A stretch of DNA of 64,000 bases from an uncultured Candidatus Saccharibacteria bacterium. GTDB taxonomy: Bacteria; Patescibacteriota; Minisyncoccia; Phycocordibacterales; UBA918. Below the pieces are notes generated by a model. That model did not search any database and had not been told where the DNA came from. It saw nothing but the letters and a program-made list of their open reading frames with translations. Made by a program: the position numbers and the translations under genes. The stretch lies in NCBI GenBank assembly GCA_964350985.1, contig CAYGLK010000001.1, forward strand, positions 158,636 through 222,635, written 5' to 3'. Every line of letters starts with the position of its first letter. The stretch's first letter is position 1. This document shows, piece by piece, positions 63,450-64,000 of this stretch.

Positions 63450-64000
63450 ATGAGTAGTCGCAATCCAAAAGCAGTAGATTCAACTTTAGCTATATTGGTT
63501 GTTTTGCTAGTGGTTGGTGGCTTTTTTATTTTCTCTTCAGCCTCACTTGGTTTACTCGCTAGAGGTGGAGCTAGTTTTGGATCTGTGGCATTTAGTCAAT
63601 TTTTCTTTGGGATTGTTGGCGGGGGACTGGCGATGCTGGTTACTAGCAATATCTACTATCGTAACTGGCGACAATATGCTTTTTATATTTTTGTCGCTAC
63701 TGCTCTATTTACCTTAGCGGTTTTTATTCCGGGCTTGGGTATGTCACATGGTGGAGCGACTAGGTGGATTGACCTCGGTTTTACAACAATCCAACCATCA
63801 GAGTTATTTAAGATTGGCTTCATTATTTACGTGGCAACACTATTTTCTGGAACTCATCGTCAGATTGAAACTTGGCGATATGGAGTAGTACCATTCGTAG
63901 GAGTATTGTTTGTCACTGCTTTGATAATGCTAGCCTTACCAGATACAGATACTTTTCTGCTAATGGCTACAGCTGGAGTAGCAATGTTTGTTACAGCCGG
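63450..64000 (+). CDS. ftsW: SEDS-family peptidoglycan glycosyltransferase FtsW/RodA (partial; continues beyond the window end)
   Basis: Own translation from the ATG at 63450: MSSRNPKAVDSTLAILVVLLVVGGFFIFSSASLG... is the typical FtsW/RodA N-terminus. The frame is open to the window end and is not in the track because it is incomplete. Confidence 0.7.
   Translation, partial: MSSRNPKAVDSTLAILVVLLVVGGFFIFSSASLGLLARGGASFGSVAFSQFFFGIVGGGLAMLVTSNIYYRNWRQYAFYIFVATALFTLAVFIPGLGMSHGGATRWIDLGFTTIQPSELFKIGFIIYVATLFSGTHRQIETWRYGVVPFVGVLFVTALIMLALPDTDTFLLMATAGVAMFVTA

Noticed and set aside
1-64000. Alternative genetic code (UGA recoding, as in some Patescibacteria lineages)
   Set aside because: ORF-track proteins for conserved genes (DnaK, MreB, aaRS, PBPs) have normal lengths and end at TGA, TAA or TAG as expected. 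There is no sign of read-through.

Overview
This window is a 64-kb stretch of a low-GC, compact, gene-dense bacterial genome. By inference it has a Patescibacteria/CPR-like (possibly Saccharibacteria-like) gene repertoire, and it uses the standard genetic code (the ORF track matches expected protein lengths). Manually derived coordinates are approximate to about 2 nt; ORF-track coordinates are used for coding regions.

Layout:
- 1..4214, minus strand: the N-terminal ~1400 aa of a giant, Thr/Ser/Gly/Asn/Asp-rich secreted surface protein with ~640-aa internal tandem repeats. Its C-terminus lies beyond the window start.
- 4.5-7.3 kb: small accessory genes, namely a hypothetical protein, a frameshifted DUF1801 gene, an exported protein and a class-C beta-lactamase-like serine hydrolase.
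- 7.3-16.4 kb: a compositionally heterogeneous accessory island ending at a tRNA-Asn(GTT) gene on the minus strand. It holds about 12 small cargo genes: a HIT-like protein, an EEP nuclease/phosphatase, an LCM-type carboxyl methyltransferase convergent with a SABP2-like methylesterase, a 40-aa membrane peptide, and several unknowns, some visibly GC-rich. The genes are separated by two families of modular intergenic repeats, partly derived from the tRNA-Asn 3' end, that double as hairpin terminators or lie in promoter regions. The tRNA is flanked by fragments of itself.
- 16.6-64 kb: conserved core genes. In order: glutaredoxin-like, DUF167, hpf, a secreted protein, priA-like-def-fmt, HTH-MurA fusion, mreB, an operon of a HerA/FtsK-superfamily ATPase plus a large acidic membrane protein plus a proline-rich protein, holB-like, frr, rseP, proS, mreB2-mreC-mreD-pbp2, greA, lysS, mraZ-rsmH-ftsL-ftsI-murF, grpE-dnaK-dnaJ, a membrane protein, an EamA transporter, a Cys-rich protein plus an orphan multi-TM histidine kinase, trpS, a T-box-like leader plus aspS, pepA, an HD hydrolase, scpA-scpB, a D-Ala-D-Ala carboxypeptidase, mraY and partial ftsW.

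Most notable candidates:
- the repeat-punctuated island at tRNA-Asn, which looks like serial integration with decayed elements and no integrase;
- a mosaic structured repeat family with swappable hairpin modules;
- a T-box-like riboswitch upstream of aspS, unexpected in this lineage;
- the HerA-like ATPase operon;
- a PriA with degenerate ATPase motifs;
- an HTH-MurA fusion with an adjacent perfect palindrome.
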